64,000 nucleotides of DNA, from the NCBI RefSeq assembly GCF_021869535.1, contig NW_026262679.1, positions 118,048,001-118,112,000 on the forward strand. The letters are read 5' to 3'. Of this stretch, positions 25,135-37,023 are shown one piece after another (position 1 is the first letter of the stretch; each line of letters opens with the position of its first letter). The DNA is from Mytilus californianus (Eukaryota). The notes beneath the pieces were generated by a model. The model was not told where the DNA came from. It ran no database searches and was given only the letters and a program-made list of their open reading frames with translations. The translations under genes were made by a program, and so were the position numbers.

Positions 25135-26125
25135 AAAATATTTTCTACTGGATTCTGGTCCGAAAACGAAAAAGTGGCACATCCAGAGCTCCGTCTGCTT
25201 TTACATAATTTGCCAACAACGGTAACCGATGCTAGAGCTCAATCTACAGTAGACAAATATAGTGGTGGTTTTAAGATTTGCCAAATTGACAGAAAAGTAT
25301 CGTGAAATAACTTGTATTTAACCATGCAAAGAAATTTATGTTGGTCTTTATCTGCAAAATTTAAAAGAATCTGCAAAACATTTTAACATAAACTGAGTCT
25401 GCATTTCAAAGTATCAGATGGGCACACAATTTAGCTGGTGTAAAAAATCCTTGCGATTCAGATTTAATTTCTTCAATAGTTGAGTCAGCAAGGAAAACAC
25501 TTTCTAGACCTATCAAGAAAAAGGAACCTGTGACACCTGATATTATGATTAAATTGTTTGCTAAATATAATACTTTCAATAGAACACTCAAAGATTTACG
25601 TTTACTTACTATCTGTTCTTTAGCTTATACAGGTTTTTTACGCTATAATGAATTATGTAACATTAAAGCCAAACACATAAGTTTTTGTGATGGTTATATA
25701 GGTATTTTTGTTGAAAGGAGCAAAACGGATTGCTATAGAAAAGGCAACCATGTTTTCATATCAAAGCTAGAAAGTCCACAATGTCCTGTTGCTTTACTTT
25801 CAAATTATTTAGATGTAGCCAATATAGATATGAAGTCTGATATGTATATTTTCAGATCGATCTTGTTTTTTTAGAGTCGCAATTCATTTTCATTAAGAAA
25901 GAAAAATGTCTAGAACAAGAGAAATATTCTCTTCGGCATTAGCTGAATTTGGCTGTAATATAACTGATTTTGGTTTACATAGCTTTAGAGCTGGAGGGGC
26001 AACAGCTTCCGCTCAGAATGATATATCTGATAGATGGTCGCTGGAAATCAGATAGAGCCAAAGACGGATATGTGTTAGAAAATTTACAGAAGCGTTTATC
26101 AGTTTCTAAGAATCTTGGAATTTAG
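25135..26125 (+). pseudogene. DIRS tyrosine recombinase, frameshifted
   Basis: ARAQSTVDKY, GFLRYNE, SKTD, CPV, LHSFRAGGAT, WKS..KDGYV; ends LGI-TAG. Confidence 0.9.
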
Positions 26126-26539
26126 TAACATGTATAATTCTGTCTGCTTTCTTTGTGCGTCGAGGTGGTCACTGCGCCATTAAGTATCCAAACTTGTGTT
26201 TGTTCTATTGTATTTAGAAAGTAAAGGTTAATGTTGAAGTGTACATAATTGCATGTGCTCAATTATGTACACATATGTTCAAAATAGATGGAGCTTTTTA
26301 GCACATAAATACTTTATGTTTGGTTAAACAAAGTGTATTAAAAGATAATTGCTTATAATATGTACCTGTTGATACAACTTGTCATTGTTACAAGTATATA
26401 ATAGACATAGTTTATATACACAATAGAAAATGGATAGTACATAGAGGGAGTTGATTGCAATGTATATGATAATTTATTCAGTATTGAAGTGGTCATTACA
26501 CTGGCCTGACCACGCAAAATATATAGTATATACAAAAAG

Positions 26540-29046
26540 TCTCACACATAGTTGAAAAGGCTTCATTGTTCGTAGTTTGTTTAAGAGATTTGAACAAAAA
26601 TTCCATTTCATGTTTCATCATATTCAAAATCCTCGATTTAGTTATCCCTTTCTTTTGATATTTTGCAATGTTTCTAGTTTTCCAAATAATTCATTTCATG
26701 ATAAGAAGCACCGTATCTAGAATTTTAAAATAAGATGTATCTGCATTTATGACACCCAAAATGATACTCATTTCCGATGTTTGTAATTTTCCGATACTCA
26801 ATTTTGAACAAAATTCCTATATTTTCTCAAAAATTTCCAGTATATAAAAAGATGAAAAAGTGGTTGTTTTTCATTACAAAAGTGACACTTTCCGTTTGAG
26901 CGATTCATTTTTTGTATTTTTTCTTCCGTGTAAATTATATTATGAAGTAACTTCCATTGAAGTTGTTTACTTTCCTGTTAGCTAAATTCTTATTTGAATT
27001 GTCCCAAATATCTCCCCATGGTAGTTCCTTCCTTAAATGTAAATTCCACTTAAACTGACTTTTTCATAAAAGTATCGAATATCTTTAAGGCACAATTTTT
27101 TGGCATCAACGACAACTCCATTTTTTCTAAATTGACAAGAATTTATTATTTCCATAGGTCTATCAGAAAGACTTTGCACGTTAGTGTCGGTTTTTAAAAT
27201 GTCTATTTGTTCATGCGTTAATGAAGCTTTAATGCGGCTATATTGTGCTATCCAGTTTCTTTTATCTTTTAGCTTGTTAAAAATTTCGAGAGAAGTTTTA
27301 AAGGATTTATTATTTAGGTCCCATATATCTTTTTTTTTATTCCACTGGAGGCAAAATGTGCATAGTATAAAGCATGAACATGAATTTACAATTGCCCAAT
27401 ATATTTTCTTCTATAAGGTCCTCTTTCGTGACGGATTTTTGAGTTTTCTGCAAGTCAGTCCAAGAAGTCAAAAGTTTTTTTATAATATTTAGACATTTTT
27501 ATTTGCCCAAAACCTCAAGTGTCCGAACAAGAACAAATAACAAATTCTGTATCATATTTTTCGTCTAGTGACGTTAACCAGTATTTACCTATTGTATTCC
27601 ATTTATGTGTTTTCGAGTTTACAATACTGTACATACTTTTCACCTGTTTTGATTTTTTAAAGTCCCTTAAGTTTATCATTCTTCCCTTTTTCTTTCGGTA
27701 AACAGCACACTGTCCTTGCGATTTGGGTTGTTTTCCCATCCCAAATAAAGGACCATATAGTAGTATTTATTTGTTTTTCGTATATATCTGGAATACATCT
27801 CATTTCAATTTCGTATCCGATCATAGACAGTACAAATGATTTAATAATTAAAACTTTTCCCGTAAATGTGAGATCTCTTGATTTCCAAACCTCCATACAG
27901 CTTTTTATTTTATTTATTTTTTTCTAACCAAATTTGATCTAAGTCCACTCCATATCCGTGTTGAACTCCTAATGCTTTCACAGGCCGCTTAGACCATCTA
28001 ATTTGGTTAAATTTTGGTTTTTTATTTCGCCACCTGCCTAAATACATACCCACAGTCTTTTCCATATTCATTCTTGCGCCTGAAGCGTTTTCGTACAGTT
28101 TTAAAGTTTTAAATGTTTCTTCGATAGACTCCTCATTTTTATTAAAGAGTTCAGTATCGCCAGCAAACATATTTAGCTTTGTTTCAATATAGTCCCCGGT
28201 TCTAGTTGGAAGTTTTATTCCTTCGATATTCGGATTGTTTTTAATTGATGCTGCAAGTGGTTCTGTCTGCAAAATATATAACATGGGTGCGATTGGGTAT
28301 CCTTGACGAATTGAACGAGTTATGCTTACAAATCTAGAAGTAAACCCATAAGTTTGAATACACGTCTTAGCGTTAATGAAAAGCATTTTTACCCAACTCT
28401 TGAATTTTTCCCCAAACCCAAAATTTAATAAACAAAAATCTATCCATTCCCACTCCGCCCTATCAAATAGTTGGTCCAAGAATAAGATCACACCCTCCTC
28501 ATTTTCTAATTCGCAAAAATCTATTATATCTTGCAGTAATATATTGCCTTGAAAAATGTTGCGCCCTTTGACAAAACGTTTTTGATCCAAATCAATTATT
28601 TGCGGAAGAACGCTTTTTAACCTTTCCGCAAGTACTTTAGATATGATTGTATAGTCTGTGTTCAAGAGAGTTATAGGACGCCAATTTTTTATGTCCTCTC
28701 TCTCCCCAGATTTAAACATAAGCGTTATCATTCCTCTGTATTGAGATTCACAGATCAAAATTTTGTCGAAAATTTCCTTAATAACCGCCACGAAGTCGTT
28801 GCTTATCAAATACCAATACGTTTTATAGAATTCATTCACAATTTCGTCTTCGCCGGGGGATTTATCAAGTTTCAACATTTTAACGGCCTTACTAATTTCA
28901 TCAAAAGTTATTTCCATTTCACACATTTTTTTATTTTCTTCACTTAGTTCATGATCTAGATTCTGTAATAGATTTTCTGCAGTTAGTGAGATATTAATAA
29001 AACACGGTGTATCCGTAAACAACACCCTTTGTCGGAATGTTGACAT
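26540..29046 (-). mobile_element. 5'-truncated Tx1/L1-type LINE ORF2 (RT + C-terminal CCHC), degenerate
   Basis: KSPGED..NEFYKTYW, WRPITLLNTDY, RQGYP, FAGDT in place of the [Y/F]ADD motif, and C-terminal KCHFCNEKQPLFHLF; frameshifted. Confidence 0.88.
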
Positions 29047-29109
29047 GCTAAATCACAAAGTAACTTTCCTCAGGAAGGCACATCACCCAACATTAATAAA
29101 TTTGACTCG

Positions 29110-29262
29110 TGATTCGACAATTCTTTTCACATGCCCATACATTTCTTGGTGAAGAAACAAATTCCAATTTGAAATTCTTTGGATTGACCAAGCCGGGAAT
29201 CAATCCTATGACCTTCAGCACTCAATATGAGAACGCTACTGAGAGATCTAGGCGGTTCCACA
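29110..29262 (-). mobile_element. Degenerate tRNA-derived SINE head
   Basis: Minus strand gtagcgttctc..gaaggtcataGGATTGATTCCcgg (B-box-like) followed by aaagaatttcaaattgg. Confidence 0.45.
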
Positions 29263-32054
29263 GATGAGTATATTTATTTACCATAGAGACAATCAGTAAG
29301 AAAGATCAAATCTTTTTACACTGATTTCAAAATATTAGTATTTGCGAAGGATTCTCCTTTTAATTTCTTTGATTTTTACTTCCATTACCCATTACCAAGA
29401 AACCCGGACCTATCATGAAATTGTCTACACATAAAGATCTTTCACTTTTTGATTAGTATTCCGTTTTCAAGGCAATTACATGACATCACAGAGTCAAAAT
29501 AAAATGTTGTCACAAAATTATTTCAGTGAAAACCTTGTCAAATGAGTTTTAAAGCCAAGTGGAAAGCGGTGAAAATTAGCAATTTGACCTTTGACTGATA
29601 ATATGGATTTTAACTTGTTCTAAAATTAATTGTCTGGCAAATCTTACTTAAGATTAAATATATGCTTGGACTAATATTAAGATTTACACAGAAAAATGTA
29701 TTTAAAGGAAAATGCTGGTGAAATGTTTTAACTTAAGATTTTGAGGTGCTTGGGCTACGTGGTAACATTTGCTAAGTTACTTGGAAACATATTAAAGCAG
29801 AAATGTGAAATAATAAATGGGAACACCTATCGGTCACCTTTTTCGTTCTTTACTTTTAAAATTCTATATTGTTTAGTTTATGGATTCAATATTTCTGGAA
29901 TTTTTATTTCATTATATTAATCATATTAAGACGTTTGAATCAAAACGTTGTAACCACAAACTAAGTAACATAATATAATCTTAAAATTAAAAGTTTTTCA
30001 AATCATATCAATTGAAGCAAAAGGTCGAAATACTTGCTTTCAATATTATAGTTTCTTCAATTAATGCTAATATCACTTGCATTAGACATTTTGAAATGTT
30101 TTGCACATTGGAGTTATTTATTATTATTGGTCTTCACTGTACTTAAACCCTGCATTTTATCACCGTGTAAAATTCCGTTTCATGATATTGGTTTGTCAGA
30201 AATGATGGACCTGGTCTTAATTACTCTTACCTGGACTATAACCGACGTTTTAATATTTGACCCAACGTTGATAACCACACAAATGTCGGTTATTAGATTG
30301 TTCTTATTTACATATATTTTAAAATGCAACTACTCGAGGCTATAGGAAGCATTTTTCAAATCTCACTAGCATGTAGCTCATTTTTTAATTATATTTTAAA
30401 TCTGAAAAAAACGTGCTAAGAATTTTATTTTTTTTAATAGATTTTTACAGACCAAAGCTTAATACACAGTACGATTTATGTTAAAAAAATATTTACTATA
30501 TTCATATAATCATCTTTGATTTGTAAAAACAAACTTTAGCTTTTGGATGCTAGCGAAATCATTTTAATTCAGGATTTTTCAGATGCCTTCTTTGTATTTG
30601 TGTATACGTGCATGACTTATCAAAGATATATCAAGATCTACGCAAGAAAGCGATGCTGTTTCGACTTAAGCAAACCACGCCATTGCACGGTTTTATAGAA
30701 AACTGATTCTATTCAAATAATATAGAATTAGCGTAAATGACAGGGTTTTTTAATCATGTAGTTGCGGTCCCCTTAGGCAAAGTTGACCTAGAAATTTTTA
30801 GGTATGCTGTAAAAGTTCTTCAAGCTTTTATACTCTCAAGCGTAGTAGAATTTTTGGCTATCAAAAAGTATTCCACTGCAATGTGGAAAACGGTAACAAT
30901 CTTTTTCTTTATAATTTTTTGAAACTCAAAATGAGTTTTAGTTTTTGATACGTAAATGTTAAGATTAAAATAAAAAGTAAGAAACGTTGTCTTTTTATAT
31001 TTGTTTGAAGTGTTTTGAAAGGTATTAATTGAAAAGTTTTTAAAAAATTGTACACTACGGTTATATTCACTTTTAAAATTATTGTGTATTTCATCAGATA
31101 TTCAAACCTTCCTATAATAACAAAACCTTGGATATAGCGCTTTAGGATTACGTCGTTTGCGGCTATGTTTGGGCACTTTGTTTTAAAAAGAAAGTTTTAA
31201 TTTGAGAATGAAAAACCCAATCTGAAAATGATGGAAGAAAATTATATGTTATCAAAATGAATGATGTGTTGTAATGTTTGCTGTTGCTGTTCGTACGGAT
31301 ATTTTCAAGAACAAACTTTATTCCAGAAATCATGTATTGTAAATTATGGCGACTGTAGTTTATCGATGTTCAACTCCAGTGAATCGACTAGGAAGAGACA
31401 AATCAAAGTAACAAGCAAAAACAGGTATTTTAAAGCAGTTACAGAAAAATCTTTATGTGTTTTGTGTACTGCTTTTTGTCTATTCGTCGTCTTTTGTTTC
31501 TTTGCCATGACATTATCATTTTGTTTTCGACTGATGAGTCAAAATATCCCTTTGGTATCTTACGCCTCACTTTTAATTTCTTAAAGAAAAATCCAATTTT
31601 TTACTACAGCAAATAACGAAAAGCGTAATACACAGTATGGCATGAGCAAATCGTAAATACGTTCTTTTGGCAAAAAGGAGCGTTTTGGTTGTTTTAATTG
31701 TTGATTTGTTTAAGATTTAAATAATACTATATTTGCTTATATTCAAATAGAAGCTTGTCTTATTCGAACTGAAGAATTTTTTTACAGAAAAAGAACTTAC
31801 TTGAATTTTGGAGACTGGCAGGCGACAACAGTATACCAAAAAACGTTTAACGACGAATGCGGATAACACAATTTTCAGAATCATTCGAGACTTCATAAAT
31901 AACAAGATCATACTCTTGATTGTGAATGATCATGTAGTATCAATTCAGTCAGAAAATATGATCAGTAGATGCATAAATAAAAATTTATCTCTTATATTAT
32001 ATTCATAAACAACTGTGATAATATCAAAACAAAATCGGGGTAATTATAAGATAC

Positions 32055-32168
32055 CTGTCTGGCAGTGAGATCCAATATATCCAGGTACGCATGAGCAAGT
32101 GTATCGGTTCACATGATCTGAACAACTTCCACCATTTGCGCATGGGTTTGATACACATTCATTGATAT
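32055..32168 (-). CDS. EGF-vWA gene: calcium-binding EGF exon 6
   Basis: 114 bp, phase 1-1; [38 protein letters not shown]. Confidence 0.92.
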
Positions 32169-32729
32169 CTAGAAAATAAATAGATACAATGCGTTCTTCA
32201 ACAAATATACATTTAAGTCATTTACACGATTACATTCATATTCATTCATTGTTTTTTTCCTTTTCTGGACAAGAAACGGTCCAAGTGACCAAAAGATGTT
32301 AGGACTATATGAAAATATAAAAAATGACGTAGTTAACTTCAGGTTTGGTTGTTGGTTCACGTCTGACATTTCTTTTTCTTCGCAAATTGTATTGTTATAA
32401 ATTATGCAGTTAGTATTCTCGTTTCCATTATTTCACGTTTTCTATTTCGTGGCCTTTTACATTTGACTTTTCTAAATAACAACATGCCTCTCCCCCAAAA
32501 CAAATTTGATAAAAAGATGTAGAATATACCAAATGTACAATAAAAAAATAGTTGAAGAAAAGCTTACAATACCATGAAAACCAACACAAAGTCTTCAAAA
32601 TTCTAAAGCCAGGTTTAATCATACTTCAACAATAAATATGTAAATTTATTAGAATATTTAGTCAAGTTGAACGTTTAGGTCATTTTATATCTATATCTAT
32701 GCAAATAAATTATACACTCCAGATAAAAA

Positions 32730-32930
32730 GAATGATCAACAAAATATCAATGAAAAAGAACATAACAAAGGGAAAGGAGAAGTCGTCCAGTTCATCATGC
32801 ATTTTGGTATGAAGATTACCATGAATAAGTAAGATTGATTTGAAGAAGGTACAGTACATTTGTGTTTCTAGAGAAATTGGGTTGTTTACAGACAATATAT
32901 CGACTAACTTTCTACATGTATTGTTCAAAC
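32730..32930 (-). mobile_element. Old Naiad-type PLE RT remnant
   Basis: LHTKMHDELDDFSFPFV resembles KFYDKRDDFSFPIV at ~17760. Confidence 0.55.
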
Positions 32931-33168
32931 ATCTATAAGGTAATGTTTAGTGTGTTCGTTCATAAAGTTTTCGTTTAGGTTAAAAACAAATTAAGAATGA
33001 TAAATGATTACATTGGAAGAACTTCAAATAATTACATCAACATAAGTTTTTTTTAACTTTTTCTACAGACAAATGTTAGATAATCAAAAATCTAAACACA
33101 TTAACGGTCATTTTTTAGATTTTGTTTAATATACATCATCCTGTCTCCTCTCCCTTAAAACACAATAC

Positions 33169-33282
33169 CTGTTTGACAATTTACTCCTGTGTATCCTAAA
33201 ACACACATGCACATGTAGGTATTGACTTGGTCTTTACACGTCCCACCATGATGACACGGATTTGAAGCACATTCATTAATAT
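33169..33282 (-). CDS. EGF-vWA gene: calcium-binding EGF exon 5
   Basis: 114 bp, phase 1-1; [38 protein letters not shown]. Confidence 0.92.
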
Positions 33283-33619
33283 CTAAAAATAATAATATTT
33301 TCTTGTTTTTATATTATATAAAGAAAAGGAATACTGATTGTACTAGAAACTAACATTATAAATAACAAGTTGTTTTAATCAGTAAATTGTGCTCTCGTTA
33401 CCATTAATGGATGGTGTAACTAAGAAGCTTATATTGCGAATCACATGAAGGAGTATCAAACCTTAACTACTCAAATTATTTTATACCATCATCAGACTTG
33501 GCCTAAACGGGTACGACACTAACGGTTCTTTTACATATGATTGGACATATATTTGACACTAACGGTCCTTTTACATATGATTGGACATATATTTGAACAC
33601 TGTCTTATATCATGTCATA

Positions 33620-33870
33620 TGGGACACATATATTCCATAACGATAATTTAAACACGATGGAGTCCGTTAAACTTTCGAAGGGATGACTTTAAGAAGATCA
33701 CCCCCAGTTTTTGGTGGGGTTCGTGTTGCTCAGTCTTTACTTTTCTTTGTTGTGTTTTGTGTACTGTTATTTGTCTGTTTGTCTTTTTCTTTTTTAGCCA
33801 TGGCGTTGTCAGTTTATTTTCGACTTATGAGTTTGAATGTCCATTTGGTATCTTTCGCCTCTCTTTAACT
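33620..33870 (+). mobile_element. PLE 3'-UTR-derived repeat; related copies at ~20750-20905, 31440-31585 and 38540-38700
   Basis: gatcacccccagtttttggtggggttcgtgttgctc...ggtatctttcgcctctc is the reverse complement of 17198-17360. Confidence 0.75.
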
Positions 33871-34277
33871 TTACCACTTTGAATCCTCAATTTCAAAAAG
33901 CTTCCTTGTAAGCAGTGATCCGCTATGATTGGACACGCAAAAACTGATATTTCGCAGGCGCTGCAGGAATGTTGCTGCATATAAATGGAAAGCTCACGAT
34001 TGGGAAGCTTTTAACCCAAGGATCCCTTGTTGTAAACTTCTAGTCGAAATTGGATATGATGAAATACTACAGAAAAAGATTACAGAGTTGAATAGTGATC
34101 CAACTTCGCAATCCATACTAAAGAGATGCACTGTGCATCTCCGTCTGATGAGTTTGTCTTTATGTATATAATAATGCGTAACGTAAATAAGTTCGCAAAT
34201 GTGTTTCTCCAGACTTCACTAGAACATATTGAAAAAAATCAAGCTTTCATTACCTTATGATTTATAATAACAGATAC

Positions 34278-34391
34278 CTGTTTGACATCTCGAACCAATA
34301 TACCCAGGAACACATAGACAACTGAATCCGTTCACATGATCTATACAACGTCCGCCATATTGACACGGATTTGATCTACATTCATCTATAT
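34278..34391 (-). CDS. EGF-vWA gene: calcium-binding EGF exon 4
   Basis: 114 bp, phase 1-1; [38 protein letters not shown]. Confidence 0.92.
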
Positions 34392-34683
34392 CTAAATTAT
34401 AAAAATATTTTGCGTGACCTCAGTAATTATGTATTATTGTTACTTTGTTTTTGATATTGTAGAAAGCATGTAATAATTTCATTATACGGTGTTGGAGCAT
34501 TCTATATTGGTTTGTTATGAGCTAGTATTTTGCCTATCTTATGATACAAAACTAAAATCCGGTTGGAAACATGGCAAACTCTAAATATATGAAATTCCAT
34601 AGTCACACTGAATTTAATGCTGTAAAATAACTTGCCTAAGAGATGGCATGTAATTTCTTAGGGTTCATCAGAAGGAATTGAAA

Positions 34684-35179
34684 AATATGGCCGTGTTTAC
34701 ACCACAAAATTTACTCCGAATACAGACAAACCTGTGCATCTGGCAAAGTTTTAAGGCATGGCAGGAACTAGATAATTAAATTACAAATTCATTTTATGTT
34801 TCAGAAATTTAAAAATTACTTGGAGATTCCTATTTTTTTTTCGTTTCCACAGGAGCGCCAAAATAAAGTCCACTGAATTACAGTTTAAATCACCTATTGT
34901 TGTGCATGTATCTATTGTCCATGTTAATTTAAACAACTCACTTATATTATTACTGAGAGGAACATCTCAAACATTTTCCAAAACTTAGTTTATTTTGGCA
35001 CCTTCTGTGGGTAAGGAAAAAAAAGGAATCACAAAATCCATAGAAGTTTATAATTTTCTGAAATATAAAATGCATTTAAAATTTAGTTATCTAGTTACTG
35101 CCATACCTTAAAACTTAAACAGGTGCACAGGTTTGTCTGTACTCTGAATAAAAATTGTGATGTAAATACGACCATAATT
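34684..35179. mobile_element. Foldback element with ~185-bp imperfect inverted arms
   Basis: 34684-34868 pairs with the reverse complement of 34988-35179 (e.g. tacagacaaacctgtgca / tgcacaggtttgtctgta). Confidence 0.8.
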
Positions 35180-35562
35180 GCCAAAGGTTATGATGAACCT
35201 TAAAAGTTTCAAAACTTGCCTCATTAATAGAGTGTGAAAAATACAAACCTTTATGAGGTAATGGAATTATGTTAAATATTATTGTAAAATTATTAACATT
35301 TATAGGCAATTAGAGTGTGAAAATGCATATAATTTCTAAGACAAAAATAATGTATTGTGAAAAATACAAATATTTATGAGGCAGATGGAGTGTGAAAACA
35401 TAGAGCGTCAATACAACAATGTCCCAAACAGAAGAATCAGAAACAAAAGATTTGTGCAAAAGGATTTTTCATTGATTCAATGAACCGAGTATCTTTTCTT
35501 AAACTGTTAATTTTAAGCTTGTATGATACAATTATATTTGCAATAACGAAGTAGAAGCTGAC

Positions 35563-35676
35563 CTGTTTGACAATCGACTCCATTATAGCCATGCATACAT
35601 AAACAACTGTATCCGTACAATTGGTCAGTACATGTTCCGCCATTTTGGCAAGGGTTTGATCAACATTCGTTAAAGT
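35563..35676 (-). CDS. EGF-vWA gene: EGF exon 3 with in-frame TGA (skipped exon or null allele)
   Basis: 114 bp, phase 1-1; DFNEC*SNPCQNGGTCTDQLYGYSCLCMHGYNGVDCQT; TGA at 35662-35660. Confidence 0.8.
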
Positions 35677-36255
35677 CTAAAAAAGCCATACTGTATTGCA
35701 TTTATAGTAAATATAAAATCTTATATAGAATTATCAATCCACAAAACACAGTAAATTGACTAAACATATAAGTACATCAATATAATTGAAAAACAAGGAA
35801 ACCACCGATGCGATTATTCTTTAATACGAAGTATTGTTATTATTCAAGTGATCCTATATTTTTGTTATTGTCATATCAATATTATAAAGTTTCTTTCTGT
35901 GATGAAATAACTGTATGGCTTAATTTGTATATATTTTTGGTTTTCCATTGACCGAAGTCACTAAGAGGGAGAGTTGAGTACATAAAAACTAGTTAAACTG
36001 TACCGGTACAAAATCAGTATACTCCACACTTGTAGTCTGTGCTCACATTTCAGTGTTTTAATTTCCTTTAACGAATTTGATGTTTATGAAAGCGCTGTCG
36101 TAATCTATTAATTGTCTTGACAACGAATTAATGATTGACACTTGTCGGTTGTAGAATACAGTATGATACCCCTAGATGTCTTCATTTTTTATATGTGTGT
36201 TTTAGTTTACTATCTTATCACCATGCAAATGTAGTCAACATTTATTCATATTCAC

Positions 36256-36369
36256 CTGTATGACAATGTGTGCCAGTATACCCCAGAACACAAGAACAGC
36301 TGTATCCGTTTACGTGATCTATACAAGTACCACTGTTTTGACAAGGATTAGATGCGCATTCATTTATAG
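36256..36369 (-). CDS. EGF-vWA gene: calcium-binding EGF exon 2
   Basis: 114 bp, phase 1-1; [38 protein letters not shown]. Confidence 0.92.
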
Positions 36370-36916
36370 CTGAAAAAGCATATTTTAGATTTTTAAAAAA
36401 GGCGGACGTTACCAATGGGACATTTATAACTCATAAGTAAAAGAGAAACTGACAACACCATTGCAAAAAATAAATTGGACAAAAAAAAAACATTCCACAA
36501 ACACTCCATAGAAACTTAAAGACAACGCACTCACATATGTAATCAATTTCAAATAATACATCATATGGAACCCTGTTGAATGATGAGGCTTCCTTTATAC
36601 TTTATACTTAGACAATAAGCAAGACTTAAACAGGGTTTGCATTAAAATCTAAACAAATCAAGATATAGTTCTACTCCGACGCCTGATTAAGTGTTGATAT
36701 ATCAATTTTAGAAAATACATCACTTGTAGTTGAACATGACAATTAGGTATGTCAACACGAGATCTGTTTCAAATCCATCTTGTAGCAAGACAAGAACCTA
36801 TGTGAAAGTTAGTAACAGGAAACATGCTATCTTAAATATTCCAGAAAAAAAAATCTCGATTTACCAGTCTTCAAACTAAAGAAATGTCTTATAACTCCTC
36901 AATACTCTTAAAATAC

Positions 36917-37023
36917 CTGCTTGGCAGTTCTTTCCAGTAAACCCGGGGCAGAAACACCAGTGGTCATTGAACTTGTCTACACAAACACCACCATTTCTGC
37001 ACGGGCTAGATGAACATTTTTTT
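36917..37023 (-). CDS. EGF-vWA gene: EGF exon 1
   Basis: 107 bp, phase 2-1, matching the phase-2 donor at 39809; [35 protein letters not shown]. Confidence 0.88.

Larger units (their letters stand above)
21900..26200 (+). mobile_element. DIRS-type tyrosine-recombinase retrotransposon (gag, RT-RNaseH-MT, YR), inactivated; boundaries approximate
   Basis: All expected domains in order, with a nonsense codon and frameshifts. Confidence 0.92.

Noticed and set aside
31717-31990. CAA|GTAAGT donor at 31801 and a short ORF, as an extra exon or the start of a second gene
   Set aside because: No good acceptor or domain, and the phase does not fit the EGF series. Kept only as an alternative if the gene proves to be split.
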